Virus record (IMG/VR): IMGVR_UViG_3300005841_000939
Source of the DNA: a virus
Lineage: Duplodnaviria; Caudoviricetes
Length of the DNA stretch: 64,000 nucleotides
Strand: one strand, 5' to 3'
Shown: piece by piece, positions 40,307 through 50,344 of the stretch
Layout: every line of letters begins with the position of its first letter
Numbering within the stretch: the stretch's first letter is position 1
Notes under the pieces: generated by a model
Seen by the model: the letters and a program-made list of their open reading frames with translations, nothing else
Database searches by the model: none
Told to the model about the DNA's origin: nothing
Made by a program: the position numbers and the translations under genes

Positions 40307-40942
40307 TTATTGTGGTTTAAATGGAGTCTGCCAATTGCCACCTGGGGGTGGAACACCACGATCAATTTTAACTGATTGTGTACTACGCACGAACGAATCT
40401 TGTGTAGTTTGTGTACCCATTTGATCAACAAGAACCCAATAATCATAAGCAAATGCAACTTCAAAAGTTTCAACGTTGCCGGTTTGATCATGACCTACTG
40501 AAATATTTCCAACAGTTTTTGGATACATACCAACGAAACCATATTTAGCAACGCGTTCGCCGTTACGTGCCAATTGTGAAACACCAATATTATCACTCTT
40601 ATATGATTGGGAATGCCCAAGCAACATAGTGCCTGCGTCATATGCAATACTTTGCCATTTGAAGAAAAGTCTGCGTAATTCATGCGCTTCATCGCATAAG
40701 AATGTTACTGACCAATCACCATAAGTTGGTGGAGTTGCCAACTTGATATTCATACCTTGGAAAGCAACTGGTACTTCACCCAATGTATAAGGTGGAAGTT
40801 CAGTTGAACGCGCAATTGCGGTCATGGTTGTATCTTGCCCAATTTCTGGAATATGAACTAAGAAAAGATACGGACGTGCTGGATCACCGATAACTTGGCG
40901 AAAGTTATACAAGTTGAATCCATCATTTTTATCTATTGGCAT
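40307..40942 (-). CDS. gp19: Tail tube protein
   Basis: DPARPYLFLV...STELP...FQGMNIKL...YGDWSVTF...YPKTVG...VETFEVAFAYDYW. Confidence 0.93.
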   Translation of the reverse strand: MPIDKNDGFNLYNFRQVIGDPARPYLFLVHIPEIGQDTTMTAIARSTELPPYTLGEVPVAFQGMNIKLATPPTYGDWSVTFLCDEAHELRRLFFKWQSIAYDAGTMLLGHSQSYKSDNIGVSQLARNGERVAKYGFVGMYPKTVGNISVGHDQTGNVETFEVAFAYDYWVLVDQMGTQTTQDSFVRSTQSVKIDRGVPPPGGNWQTPFKPQ

Positions 40943-40962
40943 TTGGTTGGTCCTCTAAAGTA

Positions 40963-40970
40963 TGTTTATA
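40963..40970 (-). promoter_or_regulatory. Possible late promoter variant TATAAACA upstream of the tube gene
   Basis: One mismatch to consensus, intergenic. Confidence 0.35.
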
Positions 40971-40990
40971 TTTGTTGATCACTTTTTTCA

Positions 40991-42952
40991 TTATCCACGA
41001 ATAACAACTTCTGAGAAGTCAGTACCAGTCGCAACGTTAGTGAATGTCAACTTGATGAATTCAGCAACCTTAGTTGGTTTGACCAAGATTTCTGCATACA
41101 ATTCATTTGAATCAATTGCTTCTGGTGAGTTATTAGTTTCATCACAAACAACCAAATAGTCATAGACGCCACGGCGAGCTTTGATATCTGCCAAGAATGG
41201 TGTTACGATTCCACGGAAACGTGTTCTTGTGAAATCATCGTTGAACTCAAACAACATATAGCGAGCCATTTTGTTGATTGATTTTTCCAAGTGCAAGAAT
41301 AAGCGACGTACGTTGATACGATCAAATGCTGATGCTTTTGCTTGAAGAGTCTTTTGACCGAAGATAACAATTCCTTCACCTTGGAATTTAACGATTGGAT
41401 TGATTCTATTGTAGTAAAGAACATCGCGTTGTGCTTTGTTTGGATTTACTGCAACGTCAACAACGTTACTGATGATACCACGGTTCAAACCTGCTGGTGC
41501 AAACCATTGTGCATCATTGAAATCAGTGAATGCCATAACAGCAGCACAATAGCCTGATGCTGGAACCCAACGATAAACTTCAGCAAATCTGTCAAAAATC
41601 TTGAAGTAGTTGCCGTAGATTGCTGAATAAGATGAATTGATGTTCAAGATATTTGAAACATAATTCTTCATACTCAAGAATGATTGTGCAACTGGACGAT
41701 AATTTGCAGGATTTAAAATGTATTGCAATGGAACGTTCAAAATAGCGAAGCAGTCACGACGAACTGTACTTGCCAATTGATCAATATATTGTTTAACAAC
41801 ATCATTGTAATCAGGGTCAAGTAACAAATCAACTTCAACATCTTCTGTTGATGAGAATTGAGTTTCCCATTGTGTGAGAATTTCACCAGTCAAATCGTTG
41901 AGACTTGAACCTGGAACATCACCAGTAAGGGGATCTGCACCACCAAGATAGGTCTTGCGTGTTGAAACGAGTGTTACGCCTGATGCGCCTTCTTCATCTC
42001 CACCAATGAAGAAATAGATGTATTGATCATTATCATTGACCAATTTTGGTCCAAAGATCATGTTTCCAATAGCATCGCGCTTTTCTGGATCATTTGAGAA
42101 CACATATTGATTTGTAACGTTATCAAATTCATCAAAAACAATCAATGCAGCTTCATCAGGAGTATCAGGACCATGTTCAAATGCAGTGACAATGTTCAAC
42201 ATTTCACGATTAACAAACCATGCAGTTGAAGGAGCAACTGGTGGTGTCAAAACTTCGTACTTGATCAATGAGTTTGAAAGATAATCAACTGCACTTGTTG
42301 CAGTTGTTCCTGGGGTACCATTGTAATATTTGTCAGCGATAATGTTGACAGCTTGTTGAGTGGTTGCACCAGCCAATTCTGCCTTCATTTCTTGAAGGAG
42401 TGCAAAGTCTTCACTATTTACGACGAGAACTGAAATATCATCATAATATGGGCCTGGACCAACACCATAGAAGTGATACAAATCTTCGGTATACAAATTG
42501 TTTGCTGGGTTATCCAATTCACCAGCACCAGTTCCTGGAGGAAGAGTGTAATCCTTCTTTGCTTCGTGTGATTTGATGTCATCGTATGACAATGGGAACA
42601 ATTCAGTTGGCTTTGTAGTTACATCATCCAAAACGATGTTACCGAGTCCACTTGCACTAATACCGATTGTTACGCCAGCAACTTTCTTTGTTTTGTCTTC
42701 AACGCGAACAGCGTACAATTGATTAGATTGCTTTAAAAACGCTTCGGCAGTAAACCAGTGAGTGTAATTTGTGTTGTTTGGTCTGCCAAGGATAGTTTCC
42801 AAATCACTTGGATTGGTGAGCAAGATACGCTTGTTCACTGGACCTTTGACCGAATGCATGACGATGGCACCAACAGCACTTGTGACAGATGGGATAACTT
42901 GTTGGGTATCGCGCTCTGTAAAAGTTACGGCAGGAGAAAGATTTGTAGGCAT
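40991..42952 (-). CDS. gp18: Tail sheath protein
   Basis: LSPAVTFTERD...KGPVN...WFAPAGLNRG...RDVLYYNRINPI...FDRINVRRLF...FEFNDDFTR. Confidence 0.97.
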   Translation of the reverse strand: MPTNLSPAVTFTERDTQQVIPSVTSAVGAIVMHSVKGPVNKRILLTNPSDLETILGRPNNTNYTHWFTAEAFLKQSNQLYAVRVEDKTKKVAGVTIGISASGLGNIVLDDVTTKPTELFPLSYDDIKSHEAKKDYTLPPGTGAGELDNPANNLYTEDLYHFYGVGPGPYYDDISVLVVNSEDFALLQEMKAELAGATTQQAVNIIADKYYNGTPGTTATSAVDYLSNSLIKYEVLTPPVAPSTAWFVNREMLNIVTAFEHGPDTPDEAALIVFDEFDNVTNQYVFSNDPEKRDAIGNMIFGPKLVNDNDQYIYFFIGGDEEGASGVTLVSTRKTYLGGADPLTGDVPGSSLNDLTGEILTQWETQFSSTEDVEVDLLLDPDYNDVVKQYIDQLASTVRRDCFAILNVPLQYILNPANYRPVAQSFLSMKNYVSNILNINSSYSAIYGNYFKIFDRFAEVYRWVPASGYCAAVMAFTDFNDAQWFAPAGLNRGIISNVVDVAVNPNKAQRDVLYYNRINPIVKFQGEGIVIFGQKTLQAKASAFDRINVRRLFLHLEKSINKMARYMLFEFNDDFTRTRFRGIVTPFLADIKARRGVYDYLVVCDETNNSPEAIDSNELYAEILVKPTKVAEFIKLTFTNVATGTDFSEVVIRG

Positions 42953-42995
42953 CTTGATTAGTTCCTTCTCTAATTGAAAGCAAAGTTGCTATTCT

Positions 42996-43003
42996 TATTT
43001 ATA
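42996..43003 (-). promoter_or_regulatory. T4-type late promoter TATAAATA upstream of gp18
   Basis: Exact intergenic motif. Confidence 0.75.
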
Positions 43004-43031
43004 AGGAAAATAACCAATGATACCCTAACTG

Positions 43032-44639
43032 TTAATATCGCAGATTATTCCATTCATCTTGCTCAAGCCAATTCTCAGGATTTGATTTTCTATCAGCTTC
43101 AAAGAACCCCTCAATAGCGTCAGCAGCTTCAGAATTACTCAATTCTCCACTTTCAAGAACATCATGAACATTATTTAGATCGCCAAACTTCCAAGTACTA
43201 CGTTCATCTGCATAATAAGTTGATGCCATGAAATACGCTGCCCACATGCAAGTTATTACACAGTCATCGTGTAAGTTCTTACCAGTTTTAGCTTTAAATA
43301 CTCCAGGAGAAACTTCTTCAAAGATACCAATTTCATCAATTGTCAAACTATCTTTCAATATGATAGTTCCACCTTCTAATTGTTCTTTAAACTTCAATGC
43401 AGCAATTGGTTTTGATTTTTTGGTAGAAAATACACCATATGCCCCATCATTTTCCATGTCCATGAAGATATTTTCATATTCAAAATCATTGAAAAGACGA
43501 CTTATAACTTCATTTGAAAGTCCGTTTACTTCACCAATAACATAAGCATTGTTCCAATATTCGCATGTCTCATGAACAACAGCAGCAAATTCATTGGGAG
43601 GAGTTCTGTTATTGACCCATATAGCAACTTGAACTGCATTACCTTCAGTTATATCAAAAATATTCATAACTGAGTTATCTGAACCAACTCCACCAGAAGT
43701 ATCTATGGCTACAAGATATTTTCTTCCAGGAATAGACTTTACCCAAATCTTTGTTGAATCATCGGGTTGAAATTCTGGTTCAACATATTTCAACTTATTA
43801 ATTATAAAGTCAGCATCAATCAACGTAACAGTAGATCCTTGGAATTGATTGCCATATTCTTGAGCAAATTTAATCTTTCCAATATTTCTAATTGTTTCTT
43901 CTTTCCATGCTTCATCGCGTCCTGGAACTTCATGCCAGTCAACTTTAACAGGATAAAAAGTATTTCTCTTATCAATTGCATCTTTCCAAATCTTGTAATA
44001 TAAGTTACCTGTACCATTTGGTGTAGAAACGATGATAGCACGTCCACCAGTTGAAAGAGTTGGATAATTTGATGTCCAGAAAGGATCAGCAATATTTGAT
44101 GGAACGAATGCAAATTCGTCAGAAAGCAATAATGAGATAGACTCGCCACGAAGCGCATCAGTACTTGTAGCTTTAGCAAAAATCTTCGTACCATTATCAA
44201 AAGTAATTGAGAAAGCATTGTATTCAACAACTCCAGGCTTCATGTAGGCAGGCATTTGCTCATATGCAAATTTTATATCTGCTAAAATACTCTTTGCAGT
44301 ATCGGCTTTGTTAGCGAGAATTGCTAAAGTTTTGTCCTTATTGAACATAGCAAACCATAAAAAGTAAATACAACAAATAGTTGTTTTACCAATTTGACGC
44401 GCAGAGAGAACAACACAGAAACGATTTTCTTCAAAAGCTTTCAACATTCTTTTTTGATAATCGCGCAAATCAATAAGCTGTGCACCTGTAACTGGATTGA
44501 CAATATAGAAAAAGTTTTGAGCAAAAAACATGATGTCTCTTGCAGCTTGAGCAAAATTCATTACCATTGTTTGATCAAACTGGATTGTTTGATTAGGTCG
44601 TTTTACTGAACTATTTTTATCGTCATATTTAATTGTCAT
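43032..44639 (-). CDS. gp17: Terminase large subunit
   Basis: YQ adenine motif, Walker A ARQIGKT, Walker B LLSDEFAF, STPNG, nuclease AIDTSGG...D and HDDCV. Confidence 0.96.
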   Translation of the reverse strand: MTIKYDDKNSSVKRPNQTIQFDQTMVMNFAQAARDIMFFAQNFFYIVNPVTGAQLIDLRDYQKRMLKAFEENRFCVVLSARQIGKTTICCIYFLWFAMFNKDKTLAILANKADTAKSILADIKFAYEQMPAYMKPGVVEYNAFSITFDNGTKIFAKATSTDALRGESISLLLSDEFAFVPSNIADPFWTSNYPTLSTGGRAIIVSTPNGTGNLYYKIWKDAIDKRNTFYPVKVDWHEVPGRDEAWKEETIRNIGKIKFAQEYGNQFQGSTVTLIDADFIINKLKYVEPEFQPDDSTKIWVKSIPGRKYLVAIDTSGGVGSDNSVMNIFDITEGNAVQVAIWVNNRTPPNEFAAVVHETCEYWNNAYVIGEVNGLSNEVISRLFNDFEYENIFMDMENDGAYGVFSTKKSKPIAALKFKEQLEGGTIILKDSLTIDEIGIFEEVSPGVFKAKTGKNLHDDCVITCMWAAYFMASTYYADERSTWKFGDLNNVHDVLESGELSNSEAADAIEGFFEADRKSNPENWLEQDEWNNLRY

Positions 44640-45295
44640 GATTTATCCGAATCAGATGGAACAAATAAAACTGGTGTTAATAACAACTGCCCATCAATTG
44701 CTTTTTTAAAATATTCTCTGAAAATATCATTTCTTTTACTTGATGAATTTATATGTATTTGAAAAGCATTTGATGCATATACTGGAGGATATATTGACAT
44801 AAAAAAATCATTCATCATTGTTTTTTCACCATAACTAAAATCATCAGAAACTAATAAACTCACTGATATTCCTCTACAAACATTTGATGTAGTTCGTGAA
44901 AAAACAATAACACTACCTGTTCCTTCAAAAACAATTTTTCCCTTATTACATATGACGAGAGGTGGCTTTAACCATTCTGGTATTGATTCATATGCATTTT
45001 TAATTATTTCAAAGTTTTCGGATATAGTGTATTCTTTAGGAGATACCATAAAAACAACTTTATTTTCATGAAATAATGCGTACCATAATGAAAAAATACA
45101 GGTAATTAGAGTTATTCCACATGGTTTTAAAGTATCAATGATACAACTATTTCTATTTTGAAAATCCAACAGCATTTCTTTTTGTTCATTTGTCAAAACA
45201 ATAGGTGAAGACATATATGATAAACGAAAGAAATTTTCTGCAAAAAATATCACATCAGTAGATGCATTTTTGTAGTATTCTTCACGTTCCATCAT
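44636..45295 (-). CDS. Degenerate terminase-ATPase-domain paralog (219 aa)
   Basis: Colinear with the gp17 N-terminal domain (FFAENFF, WYALF, AYESIPEWLKP, RGISVSLLVSDDF) but Walker A reads KPCGIT. Confidence 0.8.
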   Translation of the reverse strand: MMEREEYYKNASTDVIFFAENFFRLSYMSSPIVLTNEQKEMLLDFQNRNSCIIDTLKPCGITLITCIFSLWYALFHENKVVFMVSPKEYTISENFEIIKNAYESIPEWLKPPLVICNKGKIVFEGTGSVIVFSRTTSNVCRGISVSLLVSDDFSYGEKTMMNDFFMSIYPPVYASNAFQIHINSSSKRNDIFREYFKKAIDGQLLLTPVLFVPSDSDKS

Positions 45296-45900
45296 GGATC
45301 CTTTTTATCTTTATCGTCTGGATCTTCACGTATAACAACATCTTGTGCTTGTTCTTCTCTTCTCGCATTGCCACCAATAATATCCTTCTTCATCAACAAT
45401 TCCATCAAATCATTCGTTGATCCAACCATTAAAATATTATTATTTCCATGCATAACTGGCTGACCAGCAGACATTTCCAATGCTTGTTTTTTCAAGTCAA
45501 TCTTTTCACGCTCAAAACCAATTTTAGCATTATAAACCTTAATTTGATTCATATTTGAAATTAAACTATTGATTGCTGAAATCATACTTGCAGCAGTTTC
45601 AACATCTCGGCCTCTTGGTGATCCTTCAATTTCTAATTGCAATGCATTTAACATTGACATACCTTGACCAACCATTTGCTTGATTACAGTATTCATATAA
45701 TCATCTGTTGTTGGTAAGTCATCTAATTGTTTTAATTTTTCTTTAAATGCTTTTACTTGTGCTTGACGTTCTTCAATTAAACGCAATTCGCGTTCTGCCT
45801 CTTGATCATCAAACGCAGTTGAAGAATCAATATTTAAAATATCTTCTAATTTCTTGAAAGATTTACTTTGTTTCTTCTTTTCATCATCTTCATTTGACAT
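45292..45900 (-). CDS. gp16: Terminase small subunit
   Basis: Helical; PRGRDVETAASMI and NNNILMVGSTNDLMELL; located between gp15 and gp17. Confidence 0.75.
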   Translation of the reverse strand: MSNEDDEKKKQSKSFKKLEDILNIDSSTAFDDQEAERELRLIEERQAQVKAFKEKLKQLDDLPTTDDYMNTVIKQMVGQGMSMLNALQLEIEGSPRGRDVETAASMISAINSLISNMNQIKVYNAKIGFEREKIDLKKQALEMSAGQPVMHGNNNILMVGSTNDLMELLMKKDIIGGNARREEQAQDVVIREDPDDKDKKDP

Positions 45901-45906
45901 AAACCC

Positions 45907-47022
45907 TCAATCTGGATATGATTCGTTCGGTATCAATTGAACTGAACCAATCGGTAAACCGTCTCCAGTAAAATGTTGTAATAAACTAATTATAGACACA
46001 ATATTGTTTTCATTCATAAACTCTTGCCAATAATGTGAAATTATCTTTGTTTCTTGATCAACAATAACGCGTGGATTTTTCAACACTGGACCTTGACAAG
46101 ATGAAATCCCTGGAGTAGTTGAATCATAAACTGGCTCTGGTGGTGTTACATCACCACAACTATTATCAACACATTGCTGATAGCCAGGAACCATTGCTTC
46201 GTTTGCTTCTTTCCAAAACTTGATCATTTGGTTGTAACCATCTACATCATCAAAATCAAAACCTTTTATTTTTGGTAAAACTGCAAACTCATTAGAAACG
46301 ACATCAGATTCTGGCTCATATATTATTAATTTTGAACCTTCAAATGGAACTTTTCTACATGGAACATTATTGATAGTAATACGTGAACATAAAATATCTG
46401 GTGTCAATTCCATTGGCTTGAACATTGTAGCTTCAACAATAAAAGTAAAATTCCATTGTAATATTCTGCGTTCATTTTCGCCATATTCGTAAAAATGGTT
46501 TTGATTTACGCCTTGCATCGTTACTTTAGCTTTGTGTTCTAATCCAAAATTTCTTTCTTTATATGAAATAAAAACTTGCGGTGCAAAGAATGGAAGAATA
46601 TTTTCAACTATTTGATAACCATCTTCTGCATATTTTGCCCAAACAGAAACTTCAAAAGTCAAATCATATGGAATAGGATTTAAGTCTGTTTGTTTTACTC
46701 TCTTACCTTTATCTGTTTCGTATTCAACATTTAAAAGTCTTTTATCATATTTACCAGCTTGACGATCAGGTGCCCAATTTATTCCACTATTAACAATTGA
46801 AATGCGAGGTAAATAATTATCAACTTGTGGATCAACATCATTTACTGAGCCTTTTTGTAAAATTGCAGCTATTTTTTCTTTTGGTTGCAATCCACATGCC
46901 ACTGGTTTTGCTCCTACTATTTCTCCATCTTTAGAATAAACACGGGTTGACATTCCAGTAAACATTTCACTGAAAGCGGCAACAACCGTGTATATTGAAC
47001 GTGGATAAAAGTAAGATTTCAT
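45907..47022 (-). CDS. gp15: Tail sheath stabiliser/terminator
   Basis: YFY...VAAFSEMF...LPRISI...PIPYDLTFEVSVWAKYAEDGYQIVENILPFF. Confidence 0.92.
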   Translation of the reverse strand: MKSYFYPRSIYTVVAAFSEMFTGMSTRVYSKDGEIVGAKPVACGLQPKEKIAAILQKGSVNDVDPQVDNYLPRISIVNSGINWAPDRQAGKYDKRLLNVEYETDKGKRVKQTDLNPIPYDLTFEVSVWAKYAEDGYQIVENILPFFAPQVFISYKERNFGLEHKAKVTMQGVNQNHFYEYGENERRILQWNFTFIVEATMFKPMELTPDILCSRITINNVPCRKVPFEGSKLIIYEPESDVVSNEFAVLPKIKGFDFDDVDGYNQMIKFWKEANEAMVPGYQQCVDNSCGDVTPPEPVYDSTTPGISSCQGPVLKNPRVIVDQETKIISHYWQEFMNENNIVSIISLLQHFTGDGLPIGSVQLIPNESYPD

Positions 47023-47025
47023 GAA

Positions 47026-47406
47026 TTATTCTGGAACAACTTCCTGATCAGCAGTTCCATCCTTATTTGCTTGTGTTTTGTAATAATCAAAAAGTGCTTT
47101 ACGCTTATCTGCTGGCAATCCACCATTTAACTCAATCATATCAGGTGTGAAAATATCAATTTTCTTTCCATGTTGATCAAAAACGTTCAATTCTTCTTCG
47201 TCCTTTTCAACAACAACTTTATAAACATTTCCATCTGAACCGGTGTAGATGAATTCGGATGTGTCTTCTTCCTCTTCTGTAATTGGGGGCGGAGCAACTT
47301 GAGTATCTGTTGTGATTGGTGCTGGTTCATTTGCTGGAGCCGCCAAGGTAAATGGGTTTGTATTCTCAAAGATTTTTTTCATTTCTCTACGTAATTCGTC
47401 TAACAT
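47026..47406 (-). CDS. Acidic hypothetical protein (126 aa)
   Basis: ORF between gp14 and gp15; no family recognised. Confidence 0.7.
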   Translation of the reverse strand: MLDELRREMKKIFENTNPFTLAAPANEPAPITTDTQVAPPPITEEEEDTSEFIYTGSDGNVYKVVVEKDEEELNVFDQHGKKIDIFTPDMIELNGGLPADKRKALFDYYKTQANKDGTADQEVVPE

Positions 47407-47422
47407 GTTTTTCCTTTAATGT

Positions 47423-48421
47423 TTACCAATCGCCCCACAGGGAACGTTTATCTGGTATGGTTCTTCCGTTTGGTCCATATTTTTCATGCGCTGGTGATCC
47501 CTCAGGTGTTACGATACTGGTTTGTGGATCAACAACTTCTTTATCAACAATGTCAACCTTTTGATTATCCGCAGTTTTACTGCCATCTTTAGTATCTGGA
47601 ACGATGTATTTACTATTAACTCTACCATCACCTAAAAGAATATCTGGTGGGATAGATCCATCACTTGGTCCTGGTGGACTTGCAGTTGTGAAGAATTCTG
47701 TTGCTGCTGCGCCAGTTATTCCTGGTGTTCCAGCGAATAAAGGATCATCATTTTGCATCAACTCTTCTGATGTTGGAGTTGGAAGAATGAATTGTGGATT
47801 ACCTTTATATTTTTCATCAATATCTTTATCAGGAATTGCACCATATTGCTCACCAGTACCAACGCCGGCATCTGAAACAATACGAACTTTTCCAGTAACC
47901 TTATACCAAAACTTATAACCAAATTGTTGAGCTTTCGCATCTAAGAAGTGCAATCCACCCTCAGTTACCTCATACACCAATCCGTTGTGCGGAGTCATCA
48001 ATAAGTCATTTGCAACTGGACCGAAGCCACCTCTACGATTTGAATTATTTGGTTCAGGTGTCTTCAACGAACGATTACCAACCGCTTTATCAAAAGTTCC
48101 ACGATGGAAATATAAAGTTATTTCATCTTCGCTTTGGCGACCAAACGCAGTGTAAAGTAAAACTTCTGGTGTCCATGTATCAAGCATGGCTTTCATAATG
48201 AAACGACGATCCCATTTAGGTTTACTATTATCACCTAAGATTACATCTTGATTATCTGCATAATCATCAATGTTTAAGGTATAATATTCAACTGGAATAC
48301 CTTTAATCGCGGCCAATTCAGCCATCATACGATCATAGGTTTCTTTTTCACGACTACAAGGATCGGAACTAAATTGTGTCCAATACTTGTCGTAACTAAA
48401 TGGATCAGACAAACCAGCCAT
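47423..48421 (-). CDS. gp14: Neck protein (head closure)
   Basis: GIPVEYY...QDVILGD...FGRQSEDEITL...NDLLMTP...YEV; follows gp13. Confidence 0.8.
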   Translation of the reverse strand: MAGLSDPFSYDKYWTQFSSDPCSREKETYDRMMAELAAIKGIPVEYYTLNIDDYADNQDVILGDNSKPKWDRRFIMKAMLDTWTPEVLLYTAFGRQSEDEITLYFHRGTFDKAVGNRSLKTPEPNNSNRRGGFGPVANDLLMTPHNGLVYEVTEGGLHFLDAKAQQFGYKFWYKVTGKVRIVSDAGVGTGEQYGAIPDKDIDEKYKGNPQFILPTPTSEELMQNDDPLFAGTPGITGAAATEFFTTASPPGPSDGSIPPDILLGDGRVNSKYIVPDTKDGSKTADNQKVDIVDKEVVDPQTSIVTPEGSPAHEKYGPNGRTIPDKRSLWGDW

Positions 48422-48427
48422 AATCCA

Positions 48428-48435
48428 TATTTATA
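48428..48435 (-). promoter_or_regulatory. T4-type late promoter TATAAATA upstream of gp14
   Basis: Exact motif 6 nt before the ATG. Confidence 0.75.
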
Positions 48436-48441
48436 TGTTTA

Positions 48442-49701
48442 TCAGCCCGTAAAGAAGTCTGGTGGTTCAGAATACATATGATCATCAACAATTTGCTTCT
48501 CAATTTTCTCTCTCAAAGCATCACCACGATTCAAATACAACTCACCATTAAATGAACTTCCATCAGGGAAAGTCATGTTTTGATATTTTGAACCATTCAT
48601 ACCAACTTGGATCATTGCATGTGCATATGCCAATTCACGCACTGCTTGATGATTATACATTTTTTCATCAGCAACACGACGATAGCACGACATAGCCATA
48701 ACACCTTTTGATGATGGTGGAGGACTAATGCGAACTGTATGGTCAAGAGGACTGAAATAAGCCATCATTTTTGTTGTGAACAATGTACGATACATTTCCA
48801 ATGTTTGCATGCCCATAAACCAAGAAACGATGTCTACGGAACCAATACCGCCCCCAATCCATGAACCCCAACGATTATCAAATGATGTTGATGAATTCAT
48901 AAATCCATAACTTCCGCCAGCTTGGAATAAACCACCTAATGGAGCAAAAAGCACATTATCTTCATTATTACCATAACCACCAAACATACCTTTGTATAAG
49001 GTATCAGTGATTGCTATGACATCTGTTGGAACTGTGTAAATTGTTTTGAAAACATAACCATTTTGTTGAGGTTTTACTGATGTGTCACCTTCTGTCCAGA
49101 AAGGTCCAATTGCTTGCGGATCATATTTCATCTTATCAGTAAAGCAGTGATCAGCAGGAATGTTATCACCGCACCAACTTGGACCAGGATCTGTTTCACA
49201 TGGGCAAAGATTGCCGGCAGCATCCAAATATGGATAAGTATGACCATCTGAATGTGCAGTGTCATAAGGTAATGTACATGTTGAAAGCATTGATGGATTA
49301 AAATCAGTGGAACATTTATTATCATTCCCACCCATACCATCAACAACAATTGTTGGACCATTAAACCCAGGAAGTGGTCTGGACATTGGCGTTCCTGTCA
49401 TACCAGGAGTACCAGTTGTTCCTGTAGTTCCAGAAGTACCTGGAGTTACGTGACGCCATTTTCCACCAGTTGGTCCTGGTTGACAAACTTTTCCAGTGCC
49501 ATCGTAATAAAGCAATTCTGGACAAATTGCGATCATTGATTCAACATTACCAATTCCACCGGCATGTTCGCCGAAGAAATCGCATGCATGATCAATACAG
49601 TCATCAATTTGTGTTGTATCAATTAAAACGTCAATGACGGGTTGGCCAAGTCTACGACGGATCCAATTAGCAAGTTCACGTTTTTTCTGATATGGACGCA
49701 T
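48442..49701 (-). CDS. gp13: Neck protein (head-tail adaptor) with Cys/Gly/Thr-rich insertion
   Basis: WIRRRLGQPVIDV...QIDDCIDHACDFF and C-terminal QVGMNGSKY..FPDGSSFNGE. Confidence 0.9.
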   Translation of the reverse strand: MRPYQKKRELANWIRRRLGQPVIDVLIDTTQIDDCIDHACDFFGEHAGGIGNVESMIAICPELLYYDGTGKVCQPGPTGGKWRHVTPGTSGTTGTTGTPGMTGTPMSRPLPGFNGPTIVVDGMGGNDNKCSTDFNPSMLSTCTLPYDTAHSDGHTYPYLDAAGNLCPCETDPGPSWCGDNIPADHCFTDKMKYDPQAIGPFWTEGDTSVKPQQNGYVFKTIYTVPTDVIAITDTLYKGMFGGYGNNEDNVLFAPLGGLFQAGGSYGFMNSSTSFDNRWGSWIGGGIGSVDIVSWFMGMQTLEMYRTLFTTKMMAYFSPLDHTVRISPPPSSKGVMAMSCYRRVADEKMYNHQAVRELAYAHAMIQVGMNGSKYQNMTFPDGSSFNGELYLNRGDALREKIEKQIVDDHMYSEPPDFFTG

Positions 49702-49729
49702 CTATTAGCCCTCTGAATCATATTTATCT

Positions 49730-50278
49730 TTATTTTTCAACACCCAAAGCTTTTTTAACAAGTTTGATTAATTCCCACTTTTGAGTTTTAGCATTCATAC
49801 TCTCAACATTTGCTGGAACTTGAATTTTCAATATCTTTACTGATTGTTTTAATTCTTCCATTGTTATTTTGACCCAATTAACAGTTGCTAGATCAAATGG
49901 CAATTCACCAGAAGAAATTGCTGGAGGAGCAGATGGATTTTCTTCTTTTACAGTTGGTTCTTTATAAATCTCATCAATTTGATCAGCAACATTATGAGGA
50001 TCACTTTGTGAAATTATTTTAAACTCATGTTTATTGGTATCTTCAAGTCTAATATCTTGGAATTGAAAATTATTATTTTGTGTCATGCTTGGAATACGAT
50101 GAAAATCAAATGCAACAGGTCTTAAAAACTCAAAAGTTATAAGCATGTGATGTGGACCTTCAATCGTTCCACCTGGAAGAATTTGAACTGGTGGCGATCC
50201 TTTTTCCCAAATTTTTCTCAAATTGACACTATAATCCATAATATTATAAAATGTTGCATAATCATTTTTGTCGGACAT
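49730..50278 (-). CDS. Hypothetical protein with C-terminal helix-extension-helix (HeH/Rho-N-like) segment
   Basis: TMEELKQSVKILKI...KWELIKLV; otherwise unrecognised. Confidence 0.55.
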   Translation of the reverse strand: MSDKNDYATFYNIMDYSVNLRKIWEKGSPPVQILPGGTIEGPHHMLITFEFLRPVAFDFHRIPSMTQNNNFQFQDIRLEDTNKHEFKIISQSDPHNVADQIDEIYKEPTVKEENPSAPPAISSGELPFDLATVNWVKITMEELKQSVKILKIQVPANVESMNAKTQKWELIKLVKKALGVEK

Positions 50279-50317
50279 ACAAAATTCTCCAAAAATACAA
50301 TTATATAGAATAAAATA

Positions 50318-50325
50318 GATAAATA
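50318..50325 (+). promoter_or_regulatory. Possible late promoter variant GATAAATA for the inverted 104-aa gene
   Basis: One mismatch to consensus, intergenic, 19 nt before the ATG. Confidence 0.4.
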
Positions 50326-50344
50326 AGATAATTGGGGTCTTAAT

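Noticed and set aside
43032-45295. Terminase split by an intron, intein or frameshift
   Set aside because: gp17 already contains complete ATPase and nuclease domains. The upstream ORF duplicates the ATPase domain rather than complementing it.
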